Of a stretch of DNA of 64,000 bases, positions 14,265-27,487 are shown piece after piece. This DNA is from Eledone cirrhosa. Taxonomy: Eukaryota. Location: NCBI GenBank assembly GCA_964016885.1, contig OZ024740.1, positions 344,224,001 to 344,288,000 of the forward strand, in the 5' to 3' direction. The notes under the pieces are model-generated. The model had not been told where the DNA came from and did no database searches. It was given only the letters and a program-made list of their open reading frames with translations. The position numbers and the translations under genes are program-made. Numbering within the stretch: the stretch's first letter is position 1; every line of letters begins with the position of its first letter.

Positions 14265-14655
14265 TCCGAGTTCAAATCCTGCCAAGATTAACTTTGCCTT
14301 TCATCCTTACGGGGTCGATAAAACAAAGTACCAATCACGCACTGGGGTCGATTTAATCGACTATACCCTCCCCCAAATTGCCCTTCTTGTGCCTATATAA
14401 GAAACGATTATTACCTGGATATAGGGTGGTGGATTTGGTAGAATCGATAGAGTGTCGGACAAAACCAAAACGCTTAGTGGTATATAGTTACAGCTCTTTA
14501 CGTTCTGAGTTCAAATCCCACCAATGTTAGATTTGATTTTCATCCTTACGAGGTCGATAAAATAAAACACCAGTGATACACTGGGATCAATTTGATCGAC
14601 TTTCCCCCTCCCCTATAAATTGCTGGTCTTGGGCCTAAAGTAGAAACCATTATTA
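14265..14655 (+). mobile_element. two tandem SINE family S2 copies
   Basis: Two GAGTTCAAATCC...CATCCTTACG(G/A)GGTCGATAAAA cores at ~14268 and ~14507. Confidence 0.8.
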
Positions 14656-14819
14656 AGGGGATATCACTAGTTTCTACAATTGAAGGTATATCCATCTAAA
14701 CAAACATGGGAATGGCTATTTTTCCAACGTATAACTTATATGATCTGATGAAAGTCGCAATGATATGACACTTTCAAGTAAAAAGAAGACATGACACTTT
14801 GATGTAAAATAAAATGACG

Positions 14820-15860
14820 AATGCTGTGGCAGGTCTTTGAATAATCGTTGGAGTATTCATTGTTTCGAAAATCTCGAAAAGGCATATGATCGCTTTCCAT
14901 GAAACCAGTTGTGAAAGGTTCTGCAGGAGTATGCGATCGATGGACAGCTTCTGGTTACACAACGTCTCTATAGGAATACCATCGTAATGGTGTTCAGAAA
15001 ATTATGCTAAGGACACCATTCAATGTGGATGTCAGACAGCGCCTGTTCACTCTCCAGTTCATAATCTTCATAGGCAGTATTGATATCTACAGCCGGTATT
15101 GATGTGGTATCAATATTGGATCAGTCGGCGGGAATTTGCTGCCGACATGGTATCACTTAACTTGTCGGAATGGGACCACCGACATGCGCTTCATAGATTT
15201 GTTGCTGAGTACTGCAAGGCAGGAATGACATTCAGTGCTGCCAAAACACATCCTCTCATAGAAACCTGCGCAGTGCACGCTGCATTTGCGTGGTTTCCTC
15301 TGAAGGTGTTGGAGAAGCTTAAGTGTCTCTGAGCCGGGTGATGGAAGGCAAGAGCCGGTGTTGTAATGCGTCAGTTTCAGCATTCAATCATCAGGAGTGT
15401 GGTAGGAGTAAAAGACAAACCCACTATCTTCAATTCGGTGTTCGTACCAACCCTTAACTATGGCCAAGAATCGTGTGTAGTGATCGAAAGAATACGATCG
15501 CGAATGTAAGCTGGGTAATGGAGTTACTTTGAAAGAACTTTGATAGAGTGTATAGCTCGGATATTGGAGAACATTTCCAGATAGAGCCGCTAACTCTCCG
15601 AATTGAAAAATCACAGTACCGATACTACGAATATGTAGTTAGAATGATTAAGGGAAAGAATTGGTAGGAAGATTTTACTGGCAAAACCAACCGGCAGGAA
15701 ACTCAGGAATAGAACCCCAAGCATAACTGTTGGATCGCACTCATGAACTCGCCTGGTCGTCTTGGGGATCCTGTTGGAGACAGTCGATTCTGAAAGGACC
15801 CGATAGAAGGTGGGCTTGTTGACTCCGCACACAAGACCCTCCCAGGCAACGAAGAAGAAG
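14820..15860 (+). mobile_element. degenerate 5'-truncated RTE LINE (Expander/Rex3-like)
   Basis: LEKAYD near 14867, FAAD/FVAEYCKAGMTFSAAKT RT remnants, (GAA)n tail at ~15851. Confidence 0.7.
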
Positions 15861-16149
15861 TTTTTTTTTTAATACAGAATTTATTACAATGTTTATTTGT
15901 GCAATGAATTTTGCTACTCTGAGCAGTTATTAGCTGGTGAATTGACTGAAACTATTTAAAATACGTTCTTAAATGAGACAGAATCGGTGCGCGCGTGTGT
16001 GTGTGTGGGGGGGGGGGCTCTTAGCGTCATGGTCAATGTGTACGCACAACATTCGATAGAACCAGATGTGAAATTTCCATAGGCCATTCTGGTCACTTTG
16101 TATGCATGCATGATTTCAATAATGCGTTTGATTCGATCGACCGAAAGTT

Positions 16150-16303
16150 GGTAATGAATAGGGAGGGAGGATTAGAAGGGAGTGCCTTGTGATAGATATA
16201 GAGAGGGAGAGAGTTTGATAGTAGCAGATATAGAGAGGGGTGTTGGGAGGGAGTGTTGTACGGTAAATATAGAAAAGGGGAGAGATTAGTGGTTATAGAT
16301 ATA
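16150..16303. repeat. GA-rich degenerate minisatellite (left part)
   Basis: AGATATAGAGAGGG-anchored units; continues at 21957. Confidence 0.8.
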
Positions 16304-16544
16304 TATTTCTATTTATTTGCCACCAGGGCATCAAAGATTGGGACAAATACAAAGGGGGAAGTTTACATACATTTAAAAAGACGTGTAAAAAACATATAAT
16401 AAATTAAATTTAACAATCGATGTCCTCAATAGGGAGAGGCGTTGACATGGGTCGCACACACCCCCGAAAAAATGTGCAACCCTCCTCTTCAGGAGCACAA
16501 AGAGCGGGTGCTTCCTTCCTCTTCTCATTCTTCTCCTCTCTCAC

Positions 16545-19500
16545 CTACAGGCTGATATAGAGAGAAGGCCCATTCACTCGGGCCATTCTCGCTACTTTCA
16601 CCCACCTTTCATAAAACTTGCTGGGGTAGAGCACCTCTCTCTCCATTCTGATCCTTCTTCTAAAGTGGTACTTGAAAAAAAAGACCAGTTGTTGGCCGGA
16701 GAGATAGGTGTCTGACCTCAGCCCTTTCAACCTTGTCCACCATACAACTTCTTTCGCCATGGCTATCACACAGAGGAAAACCGCCTCTCCTTCGTTTTTG
16801 AAAGGGGGAGGCGGTTTGATTGTGACAATGTTCTCGGTGGTCAACCGGATTGGTCCCACCCGCGACAGTAGTCGTTCTACATAGCCCCACAGGTCAGAAA
16901 CGCCCGGGCAGTGTACGAATGCGTGTGCGATGGTTGCCTCGTCACGCACGCATGTTGGAGAGATCTTCTTCGAGGGGTCCCTACCCGGGCGCCCGTGCCT
17001 GTAGAGCTTGTCCCGAACGGGTAGAGCTCCTCGGTAACATTGCCAAGCCAGGGACTTTTTGAAGTTGTCCATCGGTCCCGGGCCAAACGTCCTACCGAAC
17101 AGACTGGCCAGCTCATCTTCCTCCATGCCCAGAGCCTCTCCGAGAGCGTCGTCGCACTTACTGCGCACCAACCCTCTACAGGATGTTGAGGTTGAGTCTC
17201 CACTGATTGCCGGATCCGCTTGCCAGAGGGCCGTGAGCGCCTGGGCACATTCAATATGCCAGTCGCCCACTTTTCTCGGTCTTTGCTTGACGCAGGATTG
17301 CAGCTCGGTGAGTGAGACGAGTCTCGGAAAGGCTCGCCTCACAAACAGGGCCCACACCGGCTGACCGGTGAGGAATACCTCGAGGTGCCATAGCCTTAAT
17401 GCGTGTCTACGCATCGTCAGCCACGGCATCCCCAGCCCTCCGTTCGAAGGGTATTGAAGCACATGGATCTTCTCACCAAAGGAGCCCGCTTCTTCTAAAG
17501 AAATCGGAAGAGCGCGCGCTCCATTTTCGCGAGTGTTTTCTCTGGGCAAGGCACGACGGTCAAGCGGTAGTAGATGACGGACGCTATATAAGCGTTCGCC
17601 ACCTCCGCTCGACCTTTCAGGGATAGTTTGCACTCGGCCCACTTCTGGGCGAGTGCAAACACCTTGCCCGTTACCTCGTCCCAGTTTTTCTCCACCTGGA
17701 GGTCCGGTCCGAACCAGACCGCGAGCAGCTTCACCGGTCCCTCCGTCCAGCGTCCGACGATACCGTCAAAGGGCATCGTTTTGCCCCTCCACGTCCCGAG
17801 TTGCAAACCGACGGACTTGTCCCGGTTCAGCTTGGCTCCTGTGAACCTTTCATATTCCTCCAGTAAGGTGCCGATCTGCCCGATTTCCGAGGCGCACGAC
17901 ACCATTACTGTCACGTCATCGGCGTAGGCCGACACCGCTTTCCGCAATCCCGGATCCAAGGGGATGCCCTGCAACAGCTCCAGCTTCCTCAGTAGTGGCT
18001 CGAGAGCCAGCACATACAGGAGGGAGGAGAGAGGGCATCCCTGTCGAATGGATCGCGTGATTTGGAACGGCTCCGAGAGGTAGCCGTTCACCTTGACCCT
18101 CGAGCAGGTGTTGCTGCTGTGCATTGCAGCAATCCAGCCCCTGAAAACGGGTCCGAAGCCTGCCGCCGCGAGCACCGCATCCAGGTACCGATGGTCAACC
18201 CTATCGAACGCTTTAGATTGATCCAAGTTGATCAGGGCCCCACCAAAGCCGGGTTCGTTCCCTACCCTCTCTACGATGTATCGCATGAGGTGGAGGTTGT
18301 CGTGTATGGACCTGGACGGGATTGCGCATGTCTGCGCTTCTCCCACCAGGTTCCCGACGACAAGCGCCAACCTCTTCGCTAACACCTTGGCCAAAATCTT
18401 TAACTCTGTGTTTAGCAGAGTTATGGGCCTGAAGTTATCTATGTCATCCCCCTTGTTCTCGTCCTTCCTCACCAGCGTGACTACGCCCTTGGTCACAGAA
18501 CTGGGAATTCTCCCGTTCTGTTGCCAGTTGCAGTAGACCGCCTCAAGGAGACCGGAGAAGAAGCCCGGCATCGCTACATAAAGTTCGTACGGTAGACCAT
18601 CGAGACCAGGAGATTTGCGTTTGCCGCATTGGCTCAGCGCTTCCCCTATTTCAGCGGCTGAAATCGGCCTCTCGCAGGACTTCGCCTCCTCGTCCGAGAG
18701 CCGCGCCAGACCGTCGAGGTATGGACCGAAATCCATGGCCCCACCCGGCCCGCCGCCCCTCCCGAACAGTCGTGCAAAGCGCCGTTGAAAGGCCGCGCTC
18801 ATCCGCTCAGGTTCAAGGATCACGCGTCCATCCTGGTTCTTCAAAGACCGAATCGTGGACTTGTTTCCACTTTTTGTTTCTGTCACTCGGGCTCAGCTAA
18901 CAGCTTTGGCTCCCTCGTTACCCAGAGCACGTATTTTACTCCTGACAATGCAGCCCTCGTGCTTCGCACCAAAGAACTGGTCTAGGGCCGTTCTTGACGC
19001 CAGCACGCCGGCCACGTTGCCACTCCTAATCGCCTCTTCTACTCTATTTGTTAATTCCCTTTTAGTTCTATTCCTATCTGATGCTAATTCCCGACTAAAA
19101 CTTATCGATTCTATTCTAATTTCTCTCTTGAGAGAGCCCCACCACCTGTTGTTGACAATTGCCCCCGGCAAACGCTTCTTAACTAGTGTGCTAATCCGCT
19201 TACTGTAAGCTTTGTTTGTCGGTAAAGACAAGTTTAGCTTCCAGTAACCGGGTCCCTGTCTATGAGTTCTATCAAGGTTGACCACTCCGGTCAACAACTT
19301 GTGATCCGAATAGTCAACCATGAACATTCGTGGACAGCTTAATATGGCCCTATCCTTATTTCTAACTAGGAACCTATCTAGGTACGACCTGGATGTTCCG
19401 CTGCGATTACTCCACGTCCACCGTGGCACAGTCGTAAAATCCAGTCGATATCTATCGGCCAGATCAAATCGGCCGATTAATCGTTTGAGGCTGTTACACC

Positions 19501-19983
19501 CCCCTCTATCGGGACATGCCCCTACATAGTCCCAACGTGCATACATGATACCATTCCAGTCCACCACTAAAAGCAAGGAGCGAGACGTTCCCAGGAAATT
19601 CTCCAGGCGTCGGAAGAAGTCCGGTCGCGGTGTCCCAGATGGGGCATACGCTGCCACCAGCCTGAAGGCTCCACCTTCACCACTGCCGACGTCTAAAACC
19701 ACCAGTCGACCCTCCGGGTCCAGGTGTACCTTCTGTGTGGCAAGACCCAGGTATTTTCGCAGCAGAACGACAACCCCACCCCCACCCCTCGGCTGTGACA
19801 GAGAGATGCGTAGATCTCAAAGTCGTCGAAGATGGGGGCCAGTTGGCGCTCGCTGCTGATCCTGGACTCGCAAATAACCATTACATCTACTCTGTGCGAC
19901 CTGAGGTCATTTAATAGTTTGCCCTGTTTCCAGGACATCCCCAAGGCGCGTGCATTCACACATCCAACTCTTATATTGGCCAT
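16545..19983 (-). pseudogene. Tx1 ORF2 (AP endonuclease, reverse transcriptase, Zn-binding region), broken into ~4 frames
   Basis: GCVNARAL, VDWNG, SYLDRF, YSDH (APE); KSPGLDGL, FRPITLLN, LDQSKAFD, RQGCPLS, YADD (RT). Confidence 0.93.
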
Positions 19984-20025
19984 GTTGGTGCTGAAGAGGT
20001 AAAAAGGAAGAGGAAAGGAAATTAC

Positions 20026-21792
20026 TTACCTCTTCGTCTCCTGGGGACCAGGCTGCACAATTTCCATGGGGGTGTTGGAAGGGTTGTTTGGTGGGGTGGT
20101 GGTTTGTGGTGGGGTGAGGACATCAGTGTGTGGTGGGATTAGGGTGTTTGGTGGGGTGTGGGTGTCTGAGGTGGGGGTGGGGAAACATCTCAATAGGACG
20201 CTGTTATGTGGTTTGGTGCAGTTGGTCCCCACATGCATTGGATGGTTCTTTTTCAAAGTTACATAGGTTTCCGTTGGGACCCTAATCATCATTAGGTGCG
20301 ATTTGTTTGCTGCGTAGGTGAAAGTGATCCCTTCGGTTTCCACCGAAGGGTTATTTTCTATCGCTTTCATCAACGTTTTATTGTTCTTGTTAATGTATGT
20401 ATAGAGTTTTTGTTGTGTTGTGTTAGTTTTTGTTTGTTGTTCTTGCGCGTGTTTGCGTTTTGTAGTACGTGTTATGTTTTGGGGAAGGGTGGGTTTTTTT
20501 ATTTGTGATGTTTGTTCTGTTTGTGCTGGTGGTTGTGTGTTTGTGGCATTTTTGTTAATGTGGTGCCTATTTTTTCCTTTTCACCTGTTGAAAGGGTTCT
20601 CCCTCGTCGTCACTGGGTGACGTTGATACGGAGTCCTCTTCCGTGTTGTTGGGGAGGGGTATATTTTGGGGTTTTGTTGTGGTTGCTTTTGTATTTGTTT
20701 TAGGTGGGGAGGGGTTGGGTGGAACAGTGTTTTGTGTTGTTATATTTCCGTGTTGTTGTGGTGGTGGTGGTGGTGGTGGTGGTTGTGTTGTTGTGTTCGG
20801 GGTTGGCAGAAGAGCCTTTTTTTTTTTGACTCGTTAATTTAGGACACGCAGCCCTCAGGTGACCCCTGCTTAAGCAGTGGTAACATGACGGCCGCCTTCC
20901 CTCCACTGAAATGTTTATATAAGTTAGCCCGTCCAGAGGCACGGTTGTGGGATATTCGCTATTCGTTCTGGGCTCATTTGCACCAGAACTTCTACGGTGG
21001 TCCCACCAAATACACCTCCGGAGGACTTTCCTATTGAAATTATCTTGTCTTCGTCAAAGTTAATTATTCCACACAGTATCCACTAAATATTTATATTTGG
21101 TGTGATACTCATTATTTTTATTCTTTGTGTCCTTTTTCCCCTGTATGTGGGGTAAAAGGTGAAGCGGGGGGACACAATGGGTGCTATCGAGTACTTTTGA
21201 GCTGTTGACTGGTTGTTCATCAGCACCGAAATGCTACCAAACAGTTTACCTTTTTGTACGAAGGTTAAGTCATTCATTGCGTCTTTTAGAACCAATTCAT
21301 TTTCATTTTGTGATAATTGAGCTGGTTTTCTTGTTACGTTCGATATTGTCCTGAAAACCACAGTTTTCAGGACAGCCTCTCTGCGTAATTCCTGTGGAGA
21401 ATTGATGCTAAAAGCACCGTTTTCGCCAAAAGTCACGAATTGTTTTGCGTCCTGTAATAGTTGTTTAGCATTTGTTATGTCTATTGGCGTGTATAGTTCG
21501 TTTTTTTTTACGGTCTGTGCAAATGTTGTTTTGGTGTTGTTGTCTTTCGTGTTACTGTCACTGTTGGTAATATTGGTGTTGCTATTGTTGCAGTTGTTGG
21601 TTGTGGTGTTGTTGTCATTGTTCTTGTTGTTGGTGCTGGTATTATTTACCGGGTTTCGATTTCGATGTTTTCCACGTTTTTCGATGATACAAGGGGGGAC
21701 GGCTGCAAGCTTTGTACTCCTACCTTCCCTCCACCACTTTTCTTAGTGGGCGTGGCACTCACGACAGTGTGCGAGGCGGAAATGGCATCCAT
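20026..21792 (-). pseudogene. Tx1 ORF1 (nucleic-acid binding, CCHC knuckle), frameshifted
   Basis: N/T-rich N-terminus, CYHCLSRGHLRAAC zinc knuckle, lies upstream of ORF2. Confidence 0.8.
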
Positions 21793-21956
21793 TGCCACCA
21801 AGTCTACAGTTTTTAGATGAAAATTTGTTGACTTAACGTCTGACGGCCAAGGCAAGGGGCTAAACCAAACAATGTTATTAAATTGATCAATAAACTCACA
21901 GTTTTTTTGACAATAATCCGTAAAAATCCGGAGCAAAGTAAATCACGTCTATATCA

Positions 21957-23220
21957 AGTGGTTATAGATATAGAGAGTGAGAGAGTTTGGTGGCAGTAGA
22001 TATAGAGAGGGGTGTTGGGAGAGAATATTGCATGGTAGATATAGATAGGGGAAGAGATTTGAGGTAGTAGATATAGAGATGAGTGTTGCGAAAGACAGAA
22101 GTATGTTGGATACAGAGAGTGGTTATGGGATCTGCAGGTATATGGTAGATATAGAGAGGGTGAGTGTTTAGTGATTATGGATATAGAGAGGAAGATAATG
22201 AATGAGAGTTTGCCTTAAATGGAGAGAGGGGGAGATAATTCTGGTTTTAGATATAGAGAAGGGTGTTGGGGGAGATAGGAGTAAGATAGATGTAAAGAGG
22301 GGTGTTGGGAGAGATAGATGTAGATAAATAGAGAGAGAGGAGACGTTACTAGCACTAGATATAGAGATGTGCGTTGAGAGAGAGTGTTGTACGGTAAATA
22401 TAGAGAGGGGGAGAGATTACTGGTAGTAGATATAGAGAGGTGTTTTGGGAGAGAGTTTTGTACGGTAGATATAGAGAGGTGGCAAGTATAGTGGTAGTGG
22501 ATAAAGTGAGGGGTATTGGGAAAGATAGGTATAGATAGGGAGAGAGGGAGATATTACTGATAGTATATATAGAGTGTGGTGTTGGGAGATATAGGTGATT
22601 GGTAGACTTAGAGAGGGGGAGAGTTTGGTGTAGATATAAAGAGGAGTGTTAGGAGAAGTAGGTTTATGGTAAATATAGAGAGGAGGAGAGAATGATGGTT
22701 ATGGATATAGAGAGGGATTTGGGGAGAGAAAGGTTTAGATAGGTATACAGAAGGAGGGAAGAGGTGGCTGGTGGTACATATAGAGAGGGCTGTTGAGAGA
22801 GAGAGTGTTGTAGGTAGATATAGAGATGGGGAGTGTACTGATAGTAGATATAGTGAGGGGTAGCATTTAGGGGTAATGGATATAGAGAGGGTGCTGGGTG
22901 CGATATTGTTGTAATAGATACAGAGAAGATAATAAGCGAGTGCCGTGTGGTAGATAGGGGGAGATTTTGGTGTTAGTATATATATAGAGAGGGGTGATGG
23001 GAGTGATATATGTATGATAGATATACAGAGGGGTAGAGTTTTGTGATGTTACATATAGAGAGGGGGATATTGAGAGTGTGATGTATAGTAGTTTTATATA
23101 GAGAAAGAGAGTAGTAATATACATAAAGAGCGGGATTGGTGGAAATGGGTGTAGATACATAGAGAGAAGGGTTAATGGAGAGAGTGGTGAGGATTTGGAG
23201 AGAGTGTTGTATATTGTAGA
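21957..23220. repeat. GA-rich degenerate minisatellite (right part)
   Basis: Dozens of 20-30 bp units containing AGATATAGAGAG(G); strong purine strand bias. Confidence 0.85.
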
Positions 23221-24013
23221 TTAACTGATGCACCCATCTTCGGCCGGGTAAGAGAGTTAGAATTGAAAATGATTGTATTGGATGTTTGTCAGGTTTACAA
23301 CATGAGGCGAGACCGTGGTACATATACTCTCAAAGACAAATATACGCCTATATATAGATATTTAGTTATTTGATATAAACATCATTTATATCCATGACGA
23401 TTGTTTTTTTTGTTTTTGTTTTCATCTATTTTAATTGCTTATAACTTTGATAACTTTGATAGGTTTCGGCCAGTATTGGCCCAGGCCATGTCTAACTTAA
23501 TAGCACCACCTGGTATATAACATTTATTTCAACTGTCCCATAAATGATTAATCATAAATAATTCTTTTGTTAGCATACCTACTTCATCTAGCTTTAAATA
23601 TTAACAGGTACAAATGCAGCATCTCCAACTTGTTAGTTCGAAAACCTATAAAAAGAATCCGAATTGGCTTCAAATCGCTTTAAACTCTTAAAATGACCAT
23701 TTTATATAAAGAATACCTAGGTGCCCTGAATGCCTATTGGCTAGGGCTTACCTAGTGCTTAGCAAAAAAATAAATACATCGCAAATAATCAATCAATACT
23801 GAGAATCCGAAACTATAACCAATAGCTAATATGTGAGTTGACACCGCTAAAACACCCAAGGTCCATGTGGTGATGTTTAACTAGAAGATTGCCAAAGTTT
23901 GTGAACGCTGCAGCTTTGGTGATAGAAATTTAAAAAAATATTTTTATTTATTTCCTGTCGATGTATATATCTAAAGGTGGAATGTAAACCTTAATTAACC
24001 TAATACTTAATTT

Positions 24014-24330
24014 CTATGCGCCGATGTTGTGACAATCACTTTTTACTAAATCAATGCCGCCACCAACGAGCCACTGCAAGTTTATCGTGTTCTCTACCTG
24101 TGCAACTATATCTTCCGTTAAAGCCACATGGTGATTTTCTCTATCCAATAATTTTGTTGATTTTCTGTAGCTGATACAATTTTTAAAAGTAATAGTCATA
24201 AATGTTGGAAGTATTCCTTGCCAACTTCAGTCAGCACTTCGAACCAGTCGATATTTATTCTTCCTTCATACTAAACCAATACTTCGATTTTGTAAATATT
24301 TTTAATAATAATAGGGAACAGAGCGTTTTT
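24014..24330 (-). pseudogene. old RTE-like reverse transcriptase fragment
   Basis: Across frameshifts reads IIKNIY..DWFEVLTEV/QGILPTF..LTEDIVAQVENTINLQ, resembling RT domains 4-5. Confidence 0.45.
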
Positions 24331-25274
24331 GGTATAAACATTGAAATAAAACATCCAAATATAGTTCTATTAATTGGAAATTAATATTTCCCACATCACA
24401 ATTAATTGAGACTGTTTTTTAAAACAGTATTACTTGGTTAATGAGTTATTGAAAATTAATTTGAAAACCACTAAATATTGTCGGATTTAAATATTGGAAT
24501 TATTGCTTGATACTTAAATAATTTTAGTAGTATATTAATTAAGCAACCCAGTTAAATCAATAGTTAACTATTAGAAACATTATATGGAAGCTTTCATCCT
24601 TAATTTAAAGAAAAAATGTTTGTTTGATCATTTGTTAATATGAGTACACAATCCCAAAGTAATATGCCTTCGCGATAATACATAGAAAACACACTGATGA
24701 TCATAAATGCATTATAAACTAATTAAAAATAACAATTGAAATGGGATGCAAACTCAATGGTTAGTTAAATGCAAATTAACGATGATTTAATAATAATGTT
24801 CATAAAATGTTAATGATTTAGTGCTGAATTAAAAACAAAAATATATAATATATTATTTCTAATAATAATTAAACATAAAAGCTTCCTCGCCACCATTAAA
24901 AAAGCGTGAAAAGAAAAGAAAATTGATTGATATTCATTATTAAGTGTTCACACAATTGCTCTTTAAAATAATTGTTTTTTTTTGTGATGGCGGTAATTTT
25001 TTTGTTTTATATTCTACTTGCAACGTCATCAAGATATTGCCGAGTGGATGTATTGAACAAAGATGTTGCTGATCACCTGGATTCTAATACATATTTTATT
25101 TCTATATGATAAGGTACGATATGCGAGACATTTGAAAGCGGATTCAAGTGAAATATAGATTTTTCCCACACTTTTGTAATTTTTTCAAAATCTATACAGG
25201 AGGCGAACGATATTGCATATAGCCACATAACTGAGTTCTAAATCAACACAGTTAATATACCGAATCGAAATCAT

Positions 25275-25468
25275 TGCGGTGGATTGGCAGTATCGGTACA
25301 GTGTCGGACGCCATGCTTTGACGCATAGAGTTACGGCCCTTTCCATTCTGAGTTCAAATCCCGCCGAGATTAACTTTGCCTTTCATCCTTACGGAGTCGA
25401 TAAAATAAAGTACCAGTAATGCACTGGGTAATTGATGGCCTTGTGCCAGAAGTAGAAACAATTATTAT
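25275..25468 (+). mobile_element. SINE family S2 (full length)
   Basis: A-box-like TGGCAGTATCGG, B box GAGTTCAAATCC, core, and ATTATT tail. Confidence 0.85.
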
Positions 25469-25694
25469 AATAATAAACCTGTTAAACTTAATTATATGAC
25501 CAAACACACACAAAAGAAAAAACGTTGAAATTATACTTATGTATAAATAGTGAATGTATAATCGCTGTTTACTGATTTGCCAGACATAAAGGACTATGAG
25601 GAAAATTGTTAAACTATAAACGTTTGGACTGATAGATTATGTCAAGATAATTTTGCATATATTTCACTTTTTTAATTATATATAATAGAGGAAA

Positions 25695-25810
25695 TAATTG
25701 TTTCTAGGTTAGGCACAAGGCCAGCAATTACCCAGTGCATTACTGGTACTTTATTTTATCGACCGCGTAAGGATGAAAGGCAAAGTTAACCTTGGCAGGA
25801 TTTGAACTCA
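25695..25810 (-). mobile_element. SINE family S2 (partial)
   Basis: Reverse-complement core and 3' end; another 3' fragment on + at 26117-26193. Confidence 0.8.
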
Positions 25811-27304
25811 TTAGGAAATAATGAATACTTATTAAAGAAATTCATTTCGTAATTTGCATTTTAGACCAAAAGTGTTATCAGACGTTCTTAATCTTAAGGG
25901 CAGTCGTATAGGTTGGCGGATTTATTGTGAATACTGTTCCAATCATTTAGGAAAAAACGTTTCAGTGTTAGAGAAGTATTATGTAAAGAATTTGAAGAGA
26001 GGAGTACTTGATACATATGGATGCTGGCTGCAGATGAAAAATGGACTTGAATAATTACTTTCATATGAAAAAGGCTTATAGTCCTAGTTTTGGACGAACA
26101 GCAAAATGACAAACATTACGGAGTCGATACAATAAGGTACCAGTAATGCACTGGGATAATTGCTGGCCTTGTGCCAAAAGTAGAAACAATTATTTTCATA
26201 GAAATAAACTTCTCTAAATAGTGAATCTAAAAATTGTGAAATAATAGATGCATATACATTATATAAACAATAATTGCATATTCATAGACAATGTTTTAAA
26301 AATCAGTGCCGAAGAAACATAATGTCAGCTTGCTGGTTTCCTAGTATTTATAATTGTTACTGAATTACAGCCCCGCATAAATGAATAGAAAATATTTGAT
26401 AAAATTGTCCAAACAATTTTATAGACAATATCTCTTTCAGACATTTGAAAACTTAAAACAACAAGCAAACTAGACAACCACAAATGATTCTGGATGAATT
26501 AATTTGAGTATAAGTCTTACTCAGAGTTGGAAACTGGCCTTTTAACAGATTATGGGAATTTCTAACATAGACACCTCCAAATTACGTTATTATAATAAAA
26601 TGTAGATTAATTTTGCAATTATAATAAAATACATCAATTAAAATGCAACGTACTTAAATTGAGGAAATTAAGGATTTAGGAGGCCGTGTTTAACGAAAGT
26701 GAGTTCTGATCGAACTGACCTATAATCAAAAGCTTTGTGCTACGATTATCATGTATTCTTTTATAACAAGCACTGCACTATTCAATATATATGTTCATAT
26801 GTAATTTGAAAGAAATTTGACTTCTATGACTAGTATGCTGAACAGATATGTAGAGATTCTGTGCTTAACTTACAATAAGCAGGCATGACTTGTTTAATCT
26901 AGGAAATATTTTATGGTAGACGGTCGATTGACAAAATCATTAGGACGTCGTGGTAATTGTTCTTAGACATTGCATTCTAAGAGCAAATACCAGCGAGGTC
27001 ATCCTTTCCTTCCATCTGGGTTGATAAATAAAGAACGAGTTACACGCAAGTCGGTTTCCTTAAACTGTCTCAAAATTTCACAAACTGTCTCACTGCCTGT
27101 CTCACAGTCTCACTCACTCTCTTGCACTCTCTGCATCTCTTAATCACTACTTAAATTGAACATTACCGAATATGATACACACATTTTTTGAGGTTTTCTT
27201 AATATACAACTTTATGATAAACAGTGTATAGCGAAAAGATAGATGACTACTATCTAAATATCTGAACAGTAACTAAGTTTTATACTACAATACCTTGAAG
27301 GTAA

Positions 27305-27487
27305 ATAATTGTTTCTACTATTGGCAGAATGCCAGCATTTATCCCAAGTAGATTACTGGTACTTTATTTTATCGACCACGTAAGGATGAAAGGCAAATTA
27401 ACCTCAGCAGGATTTGAACTCACATCATAAAAGGGCGTAACTCTATGCTGAAAAGCATGGCGTCCGACCTTCTACTGATACTGCCAT
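27305..27487 (-). mobile_element. SINE family S2
   Basis: Reverse complement of the 6955 and 25275 copies. Confidence 0.85.

Larger units (their letters stand above)
16304..21956 (-). mobile_element. full-length L1-Tx1 LINE (family A), frameshifted
   Basis: ORF1 plus ORF2 (APE, RT, C-terminal cysteine-rich region); AATAAA at the 3' end; 16-bp TSD AGTGGTTATAGATATA at 16288-16303 and 21957-21972. Confidence 0.93.

Noticed and set aside
21957-23220. Recurrent AGATATAGAGAG with variable spacers, superficially CRISPR-like
   Set aside because: Repeats are degenerate, spacers resemble each other, the context is eukaryotic and there are no cas genes; it is a minisatellite.
23455-23480. Minus-strand GGCCA-ATAC-TGGCC-GAAA-CCTA-TC (HHR 3' half)
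   Set aside because: No CTGANGA and no second copy to support it.
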